Source: Callorhinchus milii (taxonomy: Eukaryota). Taken from it: a DNA stretch of 64,000 nt. The notes beneath the pieces are model-generated. The model was not told the DNA's origin. It searched no databases and saw nothing but the letters and a program-made list of their open reading frames with translations. Made by a program: the position numbers and the translations under genes. Each line of letters opens with the position of its first letter. The first letter of the stretch is position 1. The stretch is from positions 116,252,001 to 116,316,000 of the forward strand of contig NW_024704742.1 of NCBI RefSeq assembly GCF_018977255.1. The letters are read 5' to 3'. This document shows, piece by piece, positions 49,686-63,698 of the stretch.

Positions 49686-50450
49686 GGAGTCCTGTAGCTC
49701 AGTGGTTAGAGCATTCGCCTCACAAGCGAGAGAGCTGGGTTCCCAGCAGGGTGAAATGTTGGGCAAGTTTCCTTACTCCACACGCCTCTGTTACCTAGCA
49801 GTAAGTAAGAACTTGGCTGTTAGTCGATTAGCGGATCGCTTTTCTGGGGATAATAATTCCTTAAAAAAGAATAAATTGGTCACTTCAATCCATGACTGTT
49901 TGTAGAACGCTGCTGTGTGCAATTGTCTGCCACGCTTCGCCCACAAAATATACAGTCAATTCACTTTACAGTATATTCTGTGAAGCACTTTTAGACATCT
50001 CAAAGCCTTGATAAGGCGCTATATCAGATGCAAGGATTATTGTTACTCACTGATCCTAGTGGGTTTAAAAGAAAAGCATGAGGATCAGAAAAGTTGTTAA
50101 CTGGGTGCTGATTGAGAAGCAATAATAATAATAATAATAATAATAATCCTTGCATTTGATATAGCGCTTTTCACGTCGGGAGGACGTCCCAAAGCGCTTC
50201 ACAGAATACACTGTAAAGTGAATTGACTGTATATTTGTGGGCAAACGCGGCAGCCAATTGCGCACAGCAATCTCCCACAAACAGTCGTAGATTGAAAATG
50301 ACCAATTTATTATTGTTTTTAGTTTTGGAGGGATTATTATTAGGCGTGTGGAGTAAGGAAACTTGCCCAAGGTTTCGCCCTCTGCCTGGAATTGAACTCA
50401 GGTCTCTCGCTTGCAAAGCGAGTGCTCTAACCACTGAGCCACAGGACTCC
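49686..50450. mobile_element. Convergent SINE pair (49686-50045 + long variant, 50121-50450 - short variant)
   Basis: Both have complete tRNA heads; spacer about 75 nt. Confidence 0.92.
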
Positions 50451-52959
50451 ACAATGTGGTCAGGGACACCACAATTTTCACCTTTATATAATTATACCAA
50501 CAGGAATCTGCACAGCACAGTGGTCAGCAATCCAGCAATGGAAAATGATAGAGATTGATGGTGAACTGCTGCTTAATGATGTCGGAAACACAAGTTATTG
50601 ATACAGTATTGGCTTTGTGCCATTCTATGGATGAAACTTTAAACCGTGGGCTTATCTGCCTGTTAGATGAAGGTTATGGCTCCATGGCACTATTCAAAAA
50701 GAAAAGGGAGTTTCTCCTGGGTAACAATCACCCAGATGAAATTTGTCATTTGTGGGATTTTGCTTTGTGCAAATTGGCTACAGTATTCACCTACAAAAAG
50801 AGTCTCTTTACACTTTCCAGAAACTTTGTGGAATGCTTTGAGATGTTCGTGACGTTATAGGTGCTGTATCAAATGGAAATTATTAGTCATAGTATTGTGC
50901 TTTGGGGGCAGAATGATTTAAAGCCACCATTACCTGATTTGATAGTCCACAAAGATATAACATCTACCATGTAAGATATCTTTTCATCTTCTTAAAATTG
51001 TAATCACATGTTTAGCACAAATTCTGTAACGAAACCATTTGTATGATCAGTATATCAGCAGTAATATTGTAGAAGTGGTTATCTTTCAATGTCTAGTTAT
51101 ACTGACCTATTGAGAATTGAATTAGTACTCATGTTTCTGTAAAAATCCCAGTGCTTACACATATTACCAACAGTTAAACTTCACACACTGTTTCTCCTGT
51201 CTATGCTCACAATCCGCTATACCCTGTTGTTATTTGCCCACACAACATACAGTCAGTTCACTTTACAGTATACACTGTGAAGCACTTTGAGACGTCTCAA
51301 AGACATGATAAGCCGCTATATCAAATGCAAAGATTATTATTATTGTATACCATCAAAAATTGGGATTGATCCCCACTCTTCTCTATTGCTGCCTCTCTCA
51401 CACGCAAACATACACACTCAGGGAGGGTTATAGCTGCTGCTAGCCCTCTGCTTTCTGTTAGTTTTCTTTCCTTTTCACAACGGAGGTTTGCAAATTGCAG
51501 CTGTTTACTTTTTCATCATAAGGTAAGCATGACAGCTCTTTTGCTATGGAATTAAAATGTAACTATTAACTGTCCTATCAGCTTTCACTTAAGACTGGTA
51601 TAACAAAGAAGAGAATACTTGTATGAATTATGTGAACAATTAGGTACTTTGCAGTCATCTCTTTGGGTCAAGCTTTTAAGCAGGTCCAGTAACAGAGATT
51701 CTTATTGCAAGTGCACCGATAGCTTCAGTCATTGGAGTTATCTTCCCTGACTTTATGTCTGATTTCATTATTCAATCTGCACTGAAGGGTGAAGCCTCAT
51801 TTCTGTAAAGGTCTATGAGCCTGGAACTTCTGACATGCAGTGACTGAGCATTGCACATCAGAAAGCTCAAGTTTATATAGCTACCTCTTTGAATACTGAG
51901 ACATAATGATTAAGACACAGACTCTACAAACAGGGAATAGGAGCGAGATAAACCAATTTTCTGTGAGTGGCCACTACAAATCTTAACCATTGTGAGTTAG
52001 AATGAGTTAGTGCAACTCTTTAATGGCAAGAATTTGATTCTGAGGATAGATCACAAAGAATTGACGTCTCCTGCCTTACCATTCAGTGTTTCAATTAAAC
52101 ACACTATTAAGGGAGTTCACTTTTGTTTTATGGGTATCGATCACCAATCAACGACTCAATGAATGATGCCTGCTTGAAGTGCTGTTTAATAGGATCTGAG
52201 TTTGAAGAGGATTTTTTAGATTTAAAGAGGGACTTTTCCCTCATTTCTGCAGTATACTAGTGAACTTGTAATAATAATAACAATTTAAGCATTTAGTATA
52301 GCACTTTTCACATCGGAAGGATGGAGTGGATAGTGCCTGTGTATTTGTAGGCAAACGTGGCACACAGCAATATTCCACAAAAGTCAAGAACTAATGAGCA
52401 ATTTTTTGGGGGGACTGTTGACCAGGACACCAGATGAAATGCCCTCTCTTTTCGAATAGTGCCTTTACATCCACTTGGACAGACAGATGGGACCTTGGCT
52501 TAATGTCTGTTCTGATGGATGACACCTTTGACAATGCAGCACATCCTCAGACACAGGAGTATCAGTCTAGATAATTGAGTTTCAAGTCCCAATGTGGGGC
52601 TTGAACTTTAGATTGGAGTGCAGTTCACTTCAGGGCTAATGCAAAATATCAATAGCCAAATTTTTGATTCCTTCAAAAATGGTAATTTTAACATTTCAGA
52701 GTGAGATATCTTGACAACGTGATAAGATGCTATATCAAATGTAAGGATTATTATTCTTATCTCCATTGATTGTGTTTGTGTATTGTATGTTTATAGCACT
52801 GTATTAATTAAACTCGCTCTGTTAATAAACAAATTTTCTAATGCCTGCATCAAGAATACAATGTCCTTCTAAGTCGATGTTGTTAGATTAAGTAGGGATA
52901 TGTTGAGCAATAATAATAATCCTTGCATTTGATATAGCGCCTTATCACATCATTGAGAC

Positions 52960-53600
52960 AATAACAACAACAAAATTACATTTATATAGCGCCTTTCACA
53001 TCGGGAGGATGTCCCATGGCGCTGGACAATCAGCGTTTCGAACCCAAGCTGGGGATCAGAGCGTTTGGGGGTCAGGATTGGAAAGGGTGGGGGCCAGGGG
53101 GAGAAGGAAAGTGACTGGGCACAGTCAAAGAGGAGGGTCTTGAGATGGGTCTTGAATGAGGCAAGGGAGGGAGTGAAGTGGAGGGACTGTGGGATGGAGT
53201 TCCAGAGGGTGGGGGCAGAGTGGCAGCAGGGATAGGAGGTTGCAGAGGTAGGGTGGAGCAAGACCATGGAGGGCTTTGAAGGTGAGGAGCAGGATCTTGA
53301 ACTGTGTCCTCTGTGTGATGGGAACCCAGTGGAGTCGAGTGAGGATGGGGGTGATAGGGTCACGGAGCCTGGTGCACGAGAGGACGCAGGCTGCAGAGTT
53401 CTTGATGATCTGCAGCCTATGGAGGGAGGAGTTGTGGAGGCCGACAAGCAGGGGCTTTGCATAGTCGAGTCTAGATGTTATGAATGTGTGTATGAAGATT
53501 TCGGCGTCCTGCAGTGTGAGACAGTGGCGGAGCCGAGCGAGATTGCGGAGGTGGGGAAAGGTGGTGCAGGACATGGCACGGATGTGGGGTACGAAGGACA
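52960..53600 (-). mobile_element. L2 3' fragment inserted into a SINE tail
   Basis: FITSRLDYAK...RDPITPILTRLHWVP; SINE tail halves at 52909-52960 and 53600-53660. Confidence 0.88.
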
Positions 53601-54043
53601 GTCTCAGTGCTTCACAGAATATACTGTAAAGTGAATTGACTGTGTATATTGTGGGCAAAACCTAGCAATGATCACACTGTTACCCGCTGGTGAAAGAAGT
53701 GTTACCTAAATAGGGTGCAGTTCTACTTCATTATGTCAATTGTGATCACGCTTTATTCTAAGAAAAGTTCTTGAAAGCTTTTACAGTTTCTAACAGTGAC
53801 TCAGAATGTAGAGTTTCTCTGAGTCACCTTTTCACCTTGGAAAGGAACACCGAAAGCAGGATCTTTTACAAGAGCATTCCTGGAGTTTCATTTCTACCCC
53901 ATAGAGCCCTATCTAAGGGTCCAGATCGGGTTGCGATGCAGGGTACATATAAATGCAACCATTTTTGCTTATATATCACTTGGTGCCACTGTGTAGATGT
54001 TATGTGCATCTATTTTAAAATAAGATATTTTTCTCTCTTTTAG

Positions 54044-54178
54044 TTTCTTGTGACCAACTTAACTATGCAAAGGAGGTGCTTTCAGCCAAGGATATTCTCA
54101 AAGAAGAGGATGCTTCTAAAGCCACTGGTTTCACCACTCGTATGTTACCAGAGCATCCAAGTCTGATAGTTTATCCAA
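54044..54178 (+). CDS. ARHGEF28: Probable penultimate (symmetric) exon: VSCDQLNYAKEVLSAKDILKEEDASKATGFTTRMLPEHPSLIVYP
   Basis: Strong pyrimidine tract with tag at 54041-54043, gtgagt donor at 54179; 135 nt open in phase 1/1; no recognised homology. Confidence 0.7.
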
Positions 54179-54457
54179 GTGAGTAACTGCTTCAGGACAA
54201 GTGTCTCACCTCTGTTCAATATTACTTCCAAATGCCTAGTTGGGATTAAATTTACTCTTTGAGGTATCGCTGGCTGATTGTAGATTGCCTACTCTATTTG
54301 CCCTGTAGATTCTTCCATAATTATATTTTCAAAGCTGTCCTATTCAATATACTGCATTCCAGATAATTTAAAATGGGGCACTGTGAGGTGTAAAGTAACA
54401 ATGCATCTCTAAAAGGGGATCCCAGTATTTATTAAACTTTTCTCTCTCCTTACCCAG

Positions 54458-54651
54458 ATATGAACAGCGACGAAGTAGCCTGGTTTGCCCACCAGCCATC
54501 TACAAGTATTCTTCTTCTGGGGCCTTCACAGTCACAACGTGAGACACAGCTCTTAGAGGAGTCGTCTGTTCCACAGGAAGCCAAAAATGGACCAAAAGAA
54601 GGGGCTGAGGAGGAGAAGGAGGATGATGAAGAGAACATAATCTATTTCTAA
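54458..54651 (+). CDS. ARHGEF28: Terminal coding exon: MNSDEVAWFAHQPST...EEEKEDDEENIIYF*
   Basis: Long pyrimidine tract with cag at 54455-54457, phase 1; stop TAA; C-terminus ENIIYF resembles recalled ARHGEF28 ENIVYL. Confidence 0.9.
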
Positions 54652-55578
54652 CTGTCCCACCACATTAGCACTTTCAAGAAAAACTGGAACATATGGCAAC
54701 CTTGACCTCTTGGGTCAATACATATTCAACTAAATGTTAAGTGTGGCAGTTAATTCTTTACTCAGCATTTGTAGATCCAGATATGCTTATGAACCTTGCC
54801 GTTTCATGCATTTTTTCACATCTCAGTTTAGCGATAACATTGTGAGATATTAAATAATATATCATCTACCACACCAGCCAAAGCAGAACTTTAAAACACA
54901 AAAAGCCGCATGTGACATTCTGTCTTCTAATTTGTACGTTTCAAGGGCAGTTTTTGATATTTTATCTTCGGTTCTTAAATTATTAATTGCAGTAATCTAA
55001 CTTTCTTTGATCAAAGTTCCAGTTTTAAGATTAGACACTACCTCCCTCGTACAGTTTAAACTTCAGTTCCCAGGGTCACACTGCCCTCCCACATTTCAGG
55101 TTTTAGTTTTTCTCCCATCCAATCTACTACCTATATTAAAACTGTTTGGCACAACTCCTCACTACCTTGAGATCACAAGAACTGACTTGCAATTGATTTG
55201 ATTTCCCCACCCCCATATGGCTCCCAAGTTTTGCCTAAAAAATGCAGTCATACACTTTACAGTAATCACAGTGAAGTGATTTGAGACATCCCAACAGCAT
55301 GATAAAGCACTATATCAAATGCAAGGATTATTATTATTATCCCCATCATAAATACTGCATAGTTTATTTTCTATTGGAAATCTTGAAAGTTTTTATTTTA
55401 TGTCTTTGGCTCAGTTAATCTATCTATCTGCAGCATCCTTGCACATCCATGACTGCCATGTATGATGTGTTCCTTGATGATCCTAACCTCTATAGCACCC
55501 TGATGTTAGTGTGGCATTTGTTAGCTGAACTACTATCGATGTCAGCCTCTAGTGCTGCTTATTCCCTTATTTTTGCGT

Positions 55579-55889
55579 GGAGTCCTGTAGTTCAGCGGTT
55601 AGAGCACTTGCCTCACAAACGAGAGACCTGAGTTCGATTCCCAGCAGGGCGAAACCTTGGGCAAGTTTCCTTATTCCACACCTGATAATAATCCCTCAAG
55701 AAAAAAAACAATAATAAAATTGGTCACTTCAATCCACGACTGTTTGTAGGGCACTGCTGTGCGCAATTGGCTACCGCGTTTTGCCCACAAATATACAGTC
55801 AATTCATTTTACCGTATATTCTGTGAAGCGCTTTGAGATGTCTAGAAGACGTGAAAAGCGCTATATCAAGTGCAAGGATTATTATTATT
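55579..55889 (+). mobile_element. Full-length young SINE (in the candidate 3' UTR)
   Basis: Complete head with a CAC loop, Deu core and tail. Confidence 0.93.
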
Positions 55890-57889
55890 AAATATCAAGA
55901 TTTATAATCCAAATAATTCGAAATTGCCTTTGAAGTTAACTTCATTGCTAAGTTATTGAAGTCTCATTTATCTTCAGGCCCATAGCTCCAGATAGTCATT
56001 ACAGCACCAAGAGTTGTTGGAACACAGAATGTGGAGCCGTATTGATGGTTATGTGTAGAGATGGACCACAAATCCCATAAAGTGGAGCCTTAAAGGGAAC
56101 ATCATTGTTTATGTTAAACATGGGCTGGTTGCCATATGGTGTGCCACATGTATGGTTCTAAGTTTGCACTTCAGCAACTGAACGTTTTGTTTATAAACCT
56201 ATCAAATGACGGTGTGTTGAGCAGGCTCCAGAACCTGTTTAATCTGCTGGTGCTGAGAAAAAGTTTCTTACTCATTTCCCTTCTGTTACAGAAAAAATGT
56301 CGGTGATATTCAGGATGAGAATCAATGCATTCTAGTTGGTTAATACTTGAAGTGTAAATTCGGTCATTTCCTACCATATTAGACTGGATTTCGATTTCTT
56401 CCAAATTAGACGCGTAAAATGTATACAAATAATTGAGGTGATTCTTATTGTTACAGCACTTATTGTATAATGAATTGAATCCTCAGAACTCAGGATGGAT
56501 CATGCTCAGCAATTGGCAGTTCACCTAAAAGGTCTGTTTGAACTTTGTATGTAGTAGCATCTAGATTGGCTACAGAACCATGACAGTATGCTTCGACAGA
56601 CTATTTCTAATATAGATGAAATTCCACTACATTGATGGAGCATTTAAATACACACAGGGGAGGCCTTTCAGTATAGCAGCACTGCCTTGCTTATGCTGCG
56701 GTCGGTAATGGACCCTATTATTTTGTGACATCAAATCATTAAAATCCCATTGTCATGAGTATAACACAATAAGTTTGTTTGTGCATCATGACAAAGCACA
56801 ACCTAATTTGCTCCTATGAGAGCAGCCGGATAGCTTTCTGTGTACCTGTGCAGAGATCTCAGTAATGAACCCGGAAGACCTGACGGAAGGCAGCTGTTTT
56901 GTGCCCTCGCTTATAATGCAGGCTGAAATTTTCTCGATACCCAACAACTGCATTATTTATGATTTAATGTCAAACCGAATCCTGTTGAATCACTTTTCTG
57001 GGAGACAACTAAACTAGTTTTACGGCTGTTAACACATTAGTGCGTTTGTATTTACGACACAGCATATACGTTTGTTAAACTCCCATTTAAACTCGGTGTT
57101 TGATCTGTTTCTGAAACCTCAGAATGCACTTCAGTTATAATGTCAACAATAGCATGTATAGAGTCCAGTCTAGTGCTTTGTGGCCCATAACCAGGTGAAA
57201 AGTTGAATTGGCGAAACTGACCAAGATCAGTCATCCCCTGTATAAACCAAAGGTCAGAGTAACATCAAATGATGTCTCAATATATGTGTTTATAGTCAAA
57301 TTCAGGGCTGTGAACTGTAACTCCTCACTAGAGCTGCCAGTGACTTTAAACGTTACCTACAGAGTTGACATTAGTAACTCAAACCCTTAATATATTACAT
57401 TCTGTAAATATTTTAACATCTCGCTGATGGTTAGAACAAACAGATTTTTTTCTAGCCAGAGCAAGCCACAGGCACTTGTAAATTACTGAGCACTGACACT
57501 CCATCCCCTTTGTGGAATTCAGCCTTTGATAAAGCTGGACTTTGATAAAGTTCCACTTCCAGACCAAACTGCAGTATGAAGTATAGACACTGGTATAAGC
57601 TTAGCATGACCATATTGTGAGACCACAATATGATCTTCATGCATGTTGCACCTCCAAGAATAGTGAAGGATACCAGTAGATTGGCTGAAACTTGGTTGAA
57701 TTGTATCCTTAGCTTTGCAACACCTGTACAGCTGGAATCTGTGGGTCTCCAGTAATGTGAATTTGATGGACCTTTGACTCTTACCTTGTGTGAGAATACG
57801 TAGGTCACTCAGACACAAGTGATTTATTAAGAGCATGACTTTTTACTGGATTTTTTTTAGTTTTAGTTTTAAGCCAACCTTTTGGTAAA

Positions 57890-58385
57890 ACATTTTTGTT
57901 AGTCAATCGGGTGTTCTGACACATGTGGAAACCCATCACAATGCTTAGGAGTATCCAAGCTTAACAGAGTTCTCATCTTCACATGCAAATTCCTGTGTTT
58001 GGAATGGAATGTGTCCTGCTTACCTAATTCTGGAGAGTACTAGGCACAGGCTGGCAAGAGCCAAGGCTTGGGGACCCCATAGTGTTTGTTGAATTACTGA
58101 TGGAGTTTGACCAACTAAAACCACTTGGCTTGCCATTGAAGTTACTGTCTGGCAAGCTTTATCACTGCTTATCCAGTTTGGGTGCTCCTCACCCAAGTCC
58201 TACTGATGAGCCAGGCATCAGAGGTGTCCTGGCATACTGTGGACCCACCTGGCTCAGGAACCTGACTAACAAGATTGCCACAAAGAGTTAACTGGTTTCT
58301 GACATTCTGGTGCTAAGCCCCAGAAGCCAGTTCAGCTCCAAGGAGACCCCGCTTTCCTCTCCTTCCCCTCGTCCCCAGGAGGGTA
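57890..58385 (-). mobile_element. Unclassified dispersed repeat
   Basis: Colinear with 11330-11865. Confidence 0.75.
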
Positions 58386-60084
58386 GTCACTTAAGTAAAA
58401 TGCTTCATTATCTAAATTCCTGTCTGGCGCAAGCCAAACTCTAAACTTGTCTAAAATTGCACTTTTAGTATATCAATTGACACTGCAGGAAGGGCAGATG
58501 TAAATGGGCTCAGTGCCTTGGTTTAGGAAAGGGGAAAACTATCAGACTACCCATTTGTGACCCTGTGACCCTTTTCTCCCCCACCCCAACCACATTTACT
58601 GGAAATGCATTTTTGTAGATTTCAAGAAAGGACTGATTTGGAATTAGTTTTGATATGGATAACCTTCCCCCGCCCCAGTCAACTAACCCACTGACATTCA
58701 GTGTAAGGAATTGCACATTTTTCTATATTAATTGGCACTCGGGTGAGATATTGAGGGCAGCTGATATCCATGAAACCAGTAAGCTGACAGAGGAGTCAAA
58801 CACCTTCAGGAGAGGAGAAAATTTAGTGTGAGGAACAAAATGCACTTTTAATAAATTACCATGATATTGACCCAGGACAACTGGAAAAAATAAGTAATTA
58901 AAAAGAAAATTCTGTATCCATTTAAAAAAAATTGAAAAATCCTATCTATCATAAATGATGTAATGATACATTTTAACACAGTTATGGGTCTGTGTGTCTG
59001 TTCATAAATGAGAAAAAGACTTGCCAAATCCTTTTTCACAAAAGCAATGACAGCGGCCCTTTTATAGAGAAGTTTGAGCTGATCATTTGATGTTGGTGGG
59101 TGAAGAGCAGATCATTAGATGCCCACGAAAATGCCTTAAAGGAATTCAAGCACCAATGTGCCACTGAATAGAAATAAATGTTTGGGAACCCAGTTGCTTC
59201 CTGTTGGTGATTAAAAAGCCTTTTGTAACTGGAAACTTACCTGTCTCAAATTCAGAAACAGGACCTCATCCCAAACATTAACACAGTTACTGAACTTTGG
59301 CAAGTCACCATGAAAGTCACTACTTGCTTTTCATATTAGATGTACGGTTAGGAGCGCATTATTAACACAGCGTACTCCACAGCGTGTGCACACACACACA
59401 AAACCAAACAGGGGTCAACCTTGAATTGTAAATAGCTTCTTCTGGTTTTCTTGCACTTTTAATTACGTTTAGAATAGCTTTTAAGCTGTTTTTCTTTTTT
59501 AAAAAAAAGGAAATTGCAAAACACTGTTTTTAAAAAAAATAAAATCTGCGGGAAAAGTGAAAATGTGCATCTAGTGGCAACAGCCTCTTCCTACAAAGAT
59601 TGTGATAAAATGTAATTATTTCCTGTGTGTGTGTGTAAAAAAATATGAGTAAAGTTGGATTTTATAGAATGTTCCAAACGAACCTTGGTAAATAGCGTTG
59701 CTACAGCAACAATCTGTGACGGGCAGTTTAATAAAGTCTGAACATATGTTTGGAGTGGTCCATTGTGCATTGTGTCTATTTAACTCTTTGGCTCCCTTTG
59801 CTTTGAATAGTGGACTACAGAATATACAGTGGACATACAGTGACTGTTCAAACATCTTATACACTGATAAGAAAATATTTGAGAATTGGCCTCAACGTAT
59901 TAATGTTTAAATAAATACTTTGTATGTGCTACACCTGGGGAAGCTGGATCTTAACATTCCCCACCAGGAATAGCAAAGTTATTTGTACATCAGTGACATC
60001 CTTCATGACACAGATAACATCACCTTTCAGTTCATTATGTTAATGTTGCATACAACTGCTGTGATTTAACTTGATTTATAAATG

Positions 60085-60420
60085 TGCTCTCTTTCTGGAG
60101 GGAGGCACCCTGTTTGCTTAATTCCAGACAGTATTAGGTGCAGGCTGGCAAGAGACGAGGCTTGATGACCCCAGAGTGTGTGTTGGGGTACTGCTGGAGG
60201 TTAGCCAGCTAAAACTGCATAACTTCCATTGAAAACACTTGACTCGCAAGCTTCCCCACTGCTTGTCCAACGAGGACCACACTACCCATAAGGGCTTTCG
60301 GTTGCAGGAGGGGGGAAGAATCCCTGCTCTCAGTGACTGGTCTGGCCTCCATATCCTATTGATGAGTCAGGCTGTCTGGCATCAGCAGTGGTCCGGATTT
60401 TGTGGCTCAGGGACTGGATG
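60085..60420 (-). mobile_element. Unclassified dispersed repeat (partial)
   Basis: Colinear with 11450-11745. Confidence 0.7.
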
Positions 60421-61289
60421 AGTGTTGTACTCCTGGGCACTGCTTGATGTCAGTCCAGATCTGCGTGTAGTTTGGATACAGAAACAAAATTATCTAGTTT
60501 TGTTTGTAAAGGGAGCATCCATCTCAGCACAGTGGGGTTTAATTTGTGAATTGGGTTAACAACTTGAGCAAATTGTGGCTTGGGACAACCATGTACAGAT
60601 GAATACAGGTGCTCTTAGCTATATAATTCTCAGTAAAAGTTTATAGAATCACATGTCGTTTTCTTTGGTTAATTGTATAAATAGAAATACTGTTTGAGCA
60701 TCTGTATTTAGTTAACCCGACCTGCAATGGGTTCTTAATCTAATCCACAAATTCAACTCCAAGTAACTTCACATTATGGTTCAAACTGTACAAAATGTCT
60801 TTCAAATTATATTTGCTCAGAACCACAGACCGCATCTCACAGGGAGCTCAATACCGCAAATGAATTTGGTCATGTTCTGGTCGGGAACCGACCAGTCTGA
60901 CTTTATCGAGTGAATTTCACTATTTTACAGCAAAGCAACGACTTGCATTTATTTAGCCCTTCACACAGAATAATGTCTAGAGCACTTCTGAGGGACGGGG
61001 TCTATTGCTGAGCTAGGGAGGAGCAGTGTAACTTCATCGCAGCAGAAGAAAAAACACACCAATGTCAAACTCTCCCTGTTTGAACATCCTGACCGTGGAA
61101 CATTTAATAATGCAACAACTTACAAAACCTCCTACTATCCCATGTGGAAGGGAATGTTTGGTGTTGGGTAATTTGTAAAAGGAATAAATATAGTTTTCTT
61201 CGAATTACTTCACTGTGGTTTGATATTGTTGACTTGGGGCTGTGGCAAATTTCTGTGTGCAAATTGACTGCCATATTTACTTACAAATA

Positions 61290-61602
61290 GGAGTCCTGTA
61301 GCTCAGTGGTTAGAGCACTCACTTTGCAAGTGAGAGACCTGAGTTCAATTCCAGGCAGAGCGAAACCTTGAGCAAGTTTCCTTACTCCACATGCCTAATA
61401 ATAATCCCTCCAAAAAATACGAATAATAAATTGTTCATTTTTCAATCGACGACTGTCTGTGGGACATTGCTGTGCGCAATTGGCTGCCGCGTTCGCCCAC
61501 AAATATACAGTCAATTCACTTTACAGTGTGTTCTGTGAAGCGTTTTGGGACGTCCTCCCGACTTGAAAAGCGCTATATCAAATGCAAGAATTATTATTAT
61601 TA
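61290..61602 (+). mobile_element. Full-length young SINE nested in an older SINE tail
   Basis: Older copy reads ...tgcaaattgactgccatatttacttacaaatag, then this insertion, then tagtccctcacctttacagtag.... Confidence 0.9.
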
Positions 61603-63199
61603 GTCCCTCACCTTTACAGTAGATCCTGTGAAATGCTTTGATTCGTTCCTGATGTGAAAGACGCTGCACCAAATGCAAGGATTTTTATTATTGTTATAGT
61701 ATTCATCACCAGCCCTGGCATCAGTTGCTGGGCTCTTGCCTGGCAATGCAGCCTCAAGCTGCTTCATCTAAGATGGAAAGAGAAAGTACCACCAAATACC
61801 GGCCAATGTATTCAGATGTGGCCTTTGACTCTGAGCAGAATAAGGTTGAGTAACAATCTTAAGAAATGTTTGATTGACCTCATAAATTGGTGACTGTTTA
61901 ATCCCTTTGCAAAAAAAAATCTCCGGGAAATGCTTAAGTAGACTACTTCTTATTTAGTGTTGTAAGATTATATTTGTGATGCTTAATGTTTTTTTAAGGC
62001 TTTTTAATTAATCTCTATATACTTTTAGAATGTAACCTACCTATAATCCATTAATAAGGCCGGTTTGATTTAATAACTATCTTAGCAGGGGTCAAAAGTA
62101 GCTTTGCTGGACCGGTTGAGGGTAGCTTCTGATTATGTTCCATATTTTCCTGGGAAGGTGTTCACTCCTCTGAAATAATGAGCAATCGGGTCCTTAAGCA
62201 CAGATGTAAGAACAATGGATCACAGAAAAAAAAGGCTACACCTGCCTAGGTTCAAGGCTGGATTATTGGAGAAAGCTGCCAAAACAAAAGTTACCCATCT
62301 CTGTTTTTCCCCTTATCAGTTCTTCTCCGATGGGAAAAGAGCCTGGGCAAGGTCACTGGAAGCTTGTGAATGGTGGGGCTTCATTCTCTGTGACAACGGG
62401 AGGTGGAGATAGAAACACTTAAAAGAAAGATGTAACTATGAAATAAGGAGTCGACGAAGAGGATCAGCACTTCTTCCCAGTGGGTCTGGGTAATATTGAT
62501 TTTACTTATCTATTGTCTTCAATTGGAGCTTGTGTGACTTACTTAAGAAACTTTGGATTACACAACTGTATTGGTCATCTCCATCTGAATCTCTTACAGT
62601 GTGTACCCTGACAATTAATCCCCATTATTGGTATCAGTAAATGTTGTCCTGTAAAAAGCGAGTTATGTTACTCTCTCACTTAAACAAGAAAGGCAAAAGT
62701 CTCAATTTCAATTTCATGCTCAAGATCGTGCACCTTTTCCTTCAAAGATGTCTGAAAATTCTCCGTCTTTACTTTCTGTCCAGAGGCACATGAGATGGTA
62801 TTACCATGGAAGACTTTGGTATTCTGGGTTTAGCACTTGGTCACAGTAGAATTATAGAGATTTCAGACAAACCGACAGTTTCTGAAAAATCCTCAATAGA
62901 GACCGACTCCTAATGAAATCTTTCAAAACAGGCAGTGGGAACAGAAAGAAGATGTAAATGTATGAGAATTATTAGTAAAATGATATTAAAAAAAGTGCAC
63001 AGGGAATGGGGAAGAGACGATGATGGTTAGGATGATCTGAACTTGCCAGGTTTTTTAAATGCTTTATTTTTATTTAAAATTGTGCTGTCCATTTTTATTT
63101 CAGAATTGTGGGTTACAATGCAATAAAATTTACATTCAAGTAAGCGCTTTTCTTGTATATTGTAATAATACAATAATATTGTTTTGTAATACAATATTA

Positions 63200-63494
63200 C
63201 TCCGGCCTCCTGTTCGTCCCTCACCCCCTCCACTCCACCAACTGTAGCCGTGCTTTCAGTCACTGCAAAGCTCATTATGCCCCGAAGCTCTGGAACTCTC
63301 TCCCCCCAAATCCTCTGCCTTGCCCCCTCCAGCCCCACTTTCAAATCCCGCCAAAGGTCCTTCCTTTTTGATTGTGTTTACAGTCATCTCCCCCTCCCTC
63401 TCCCCTGGCTCGGGGTCAGACTTCACCACTGTTTAGCGCTCAGGGACGCTACACGGTGTGAAGGGCGCTATATAAATGCAAGTTGTTGTTGTTG
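63200..63494 (+). mobile_element. L2 3' fragment (older subfamily)
   Basis: ctctggaactctctccc...gggcgctatataaatgcaagttgttgttgttg. Confidence 0.82.
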
Positions 63495-63698
63495 CACATC
63501 CAATGCACTCCCAATATCATGGTATATGGATTGTGCTTGCCCTTTTCTCTCACTTTTACCTGACAAAATTCCTCCTACCCTCTTACTATCCTCCCTCTCC
63601 CCGAAACTTTCTCCAAAATTCCCTTCACCTTGTGCCTATTCTCTCTCTCTGCCTTCAAAACTCCTTAAAAATGTAACTCTTTGACATGCCTTTGATTG

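Larger units (their letters stand above)
54652..59940 (+). other. Candidate long 3' UTR
   Basis: Follows the stop codon; cluster of AATAAA hexamers near 59538, 59730 and 59910-59915, with a GU/U-rich tract after the last. True end unknown. Confidence 0.35.
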
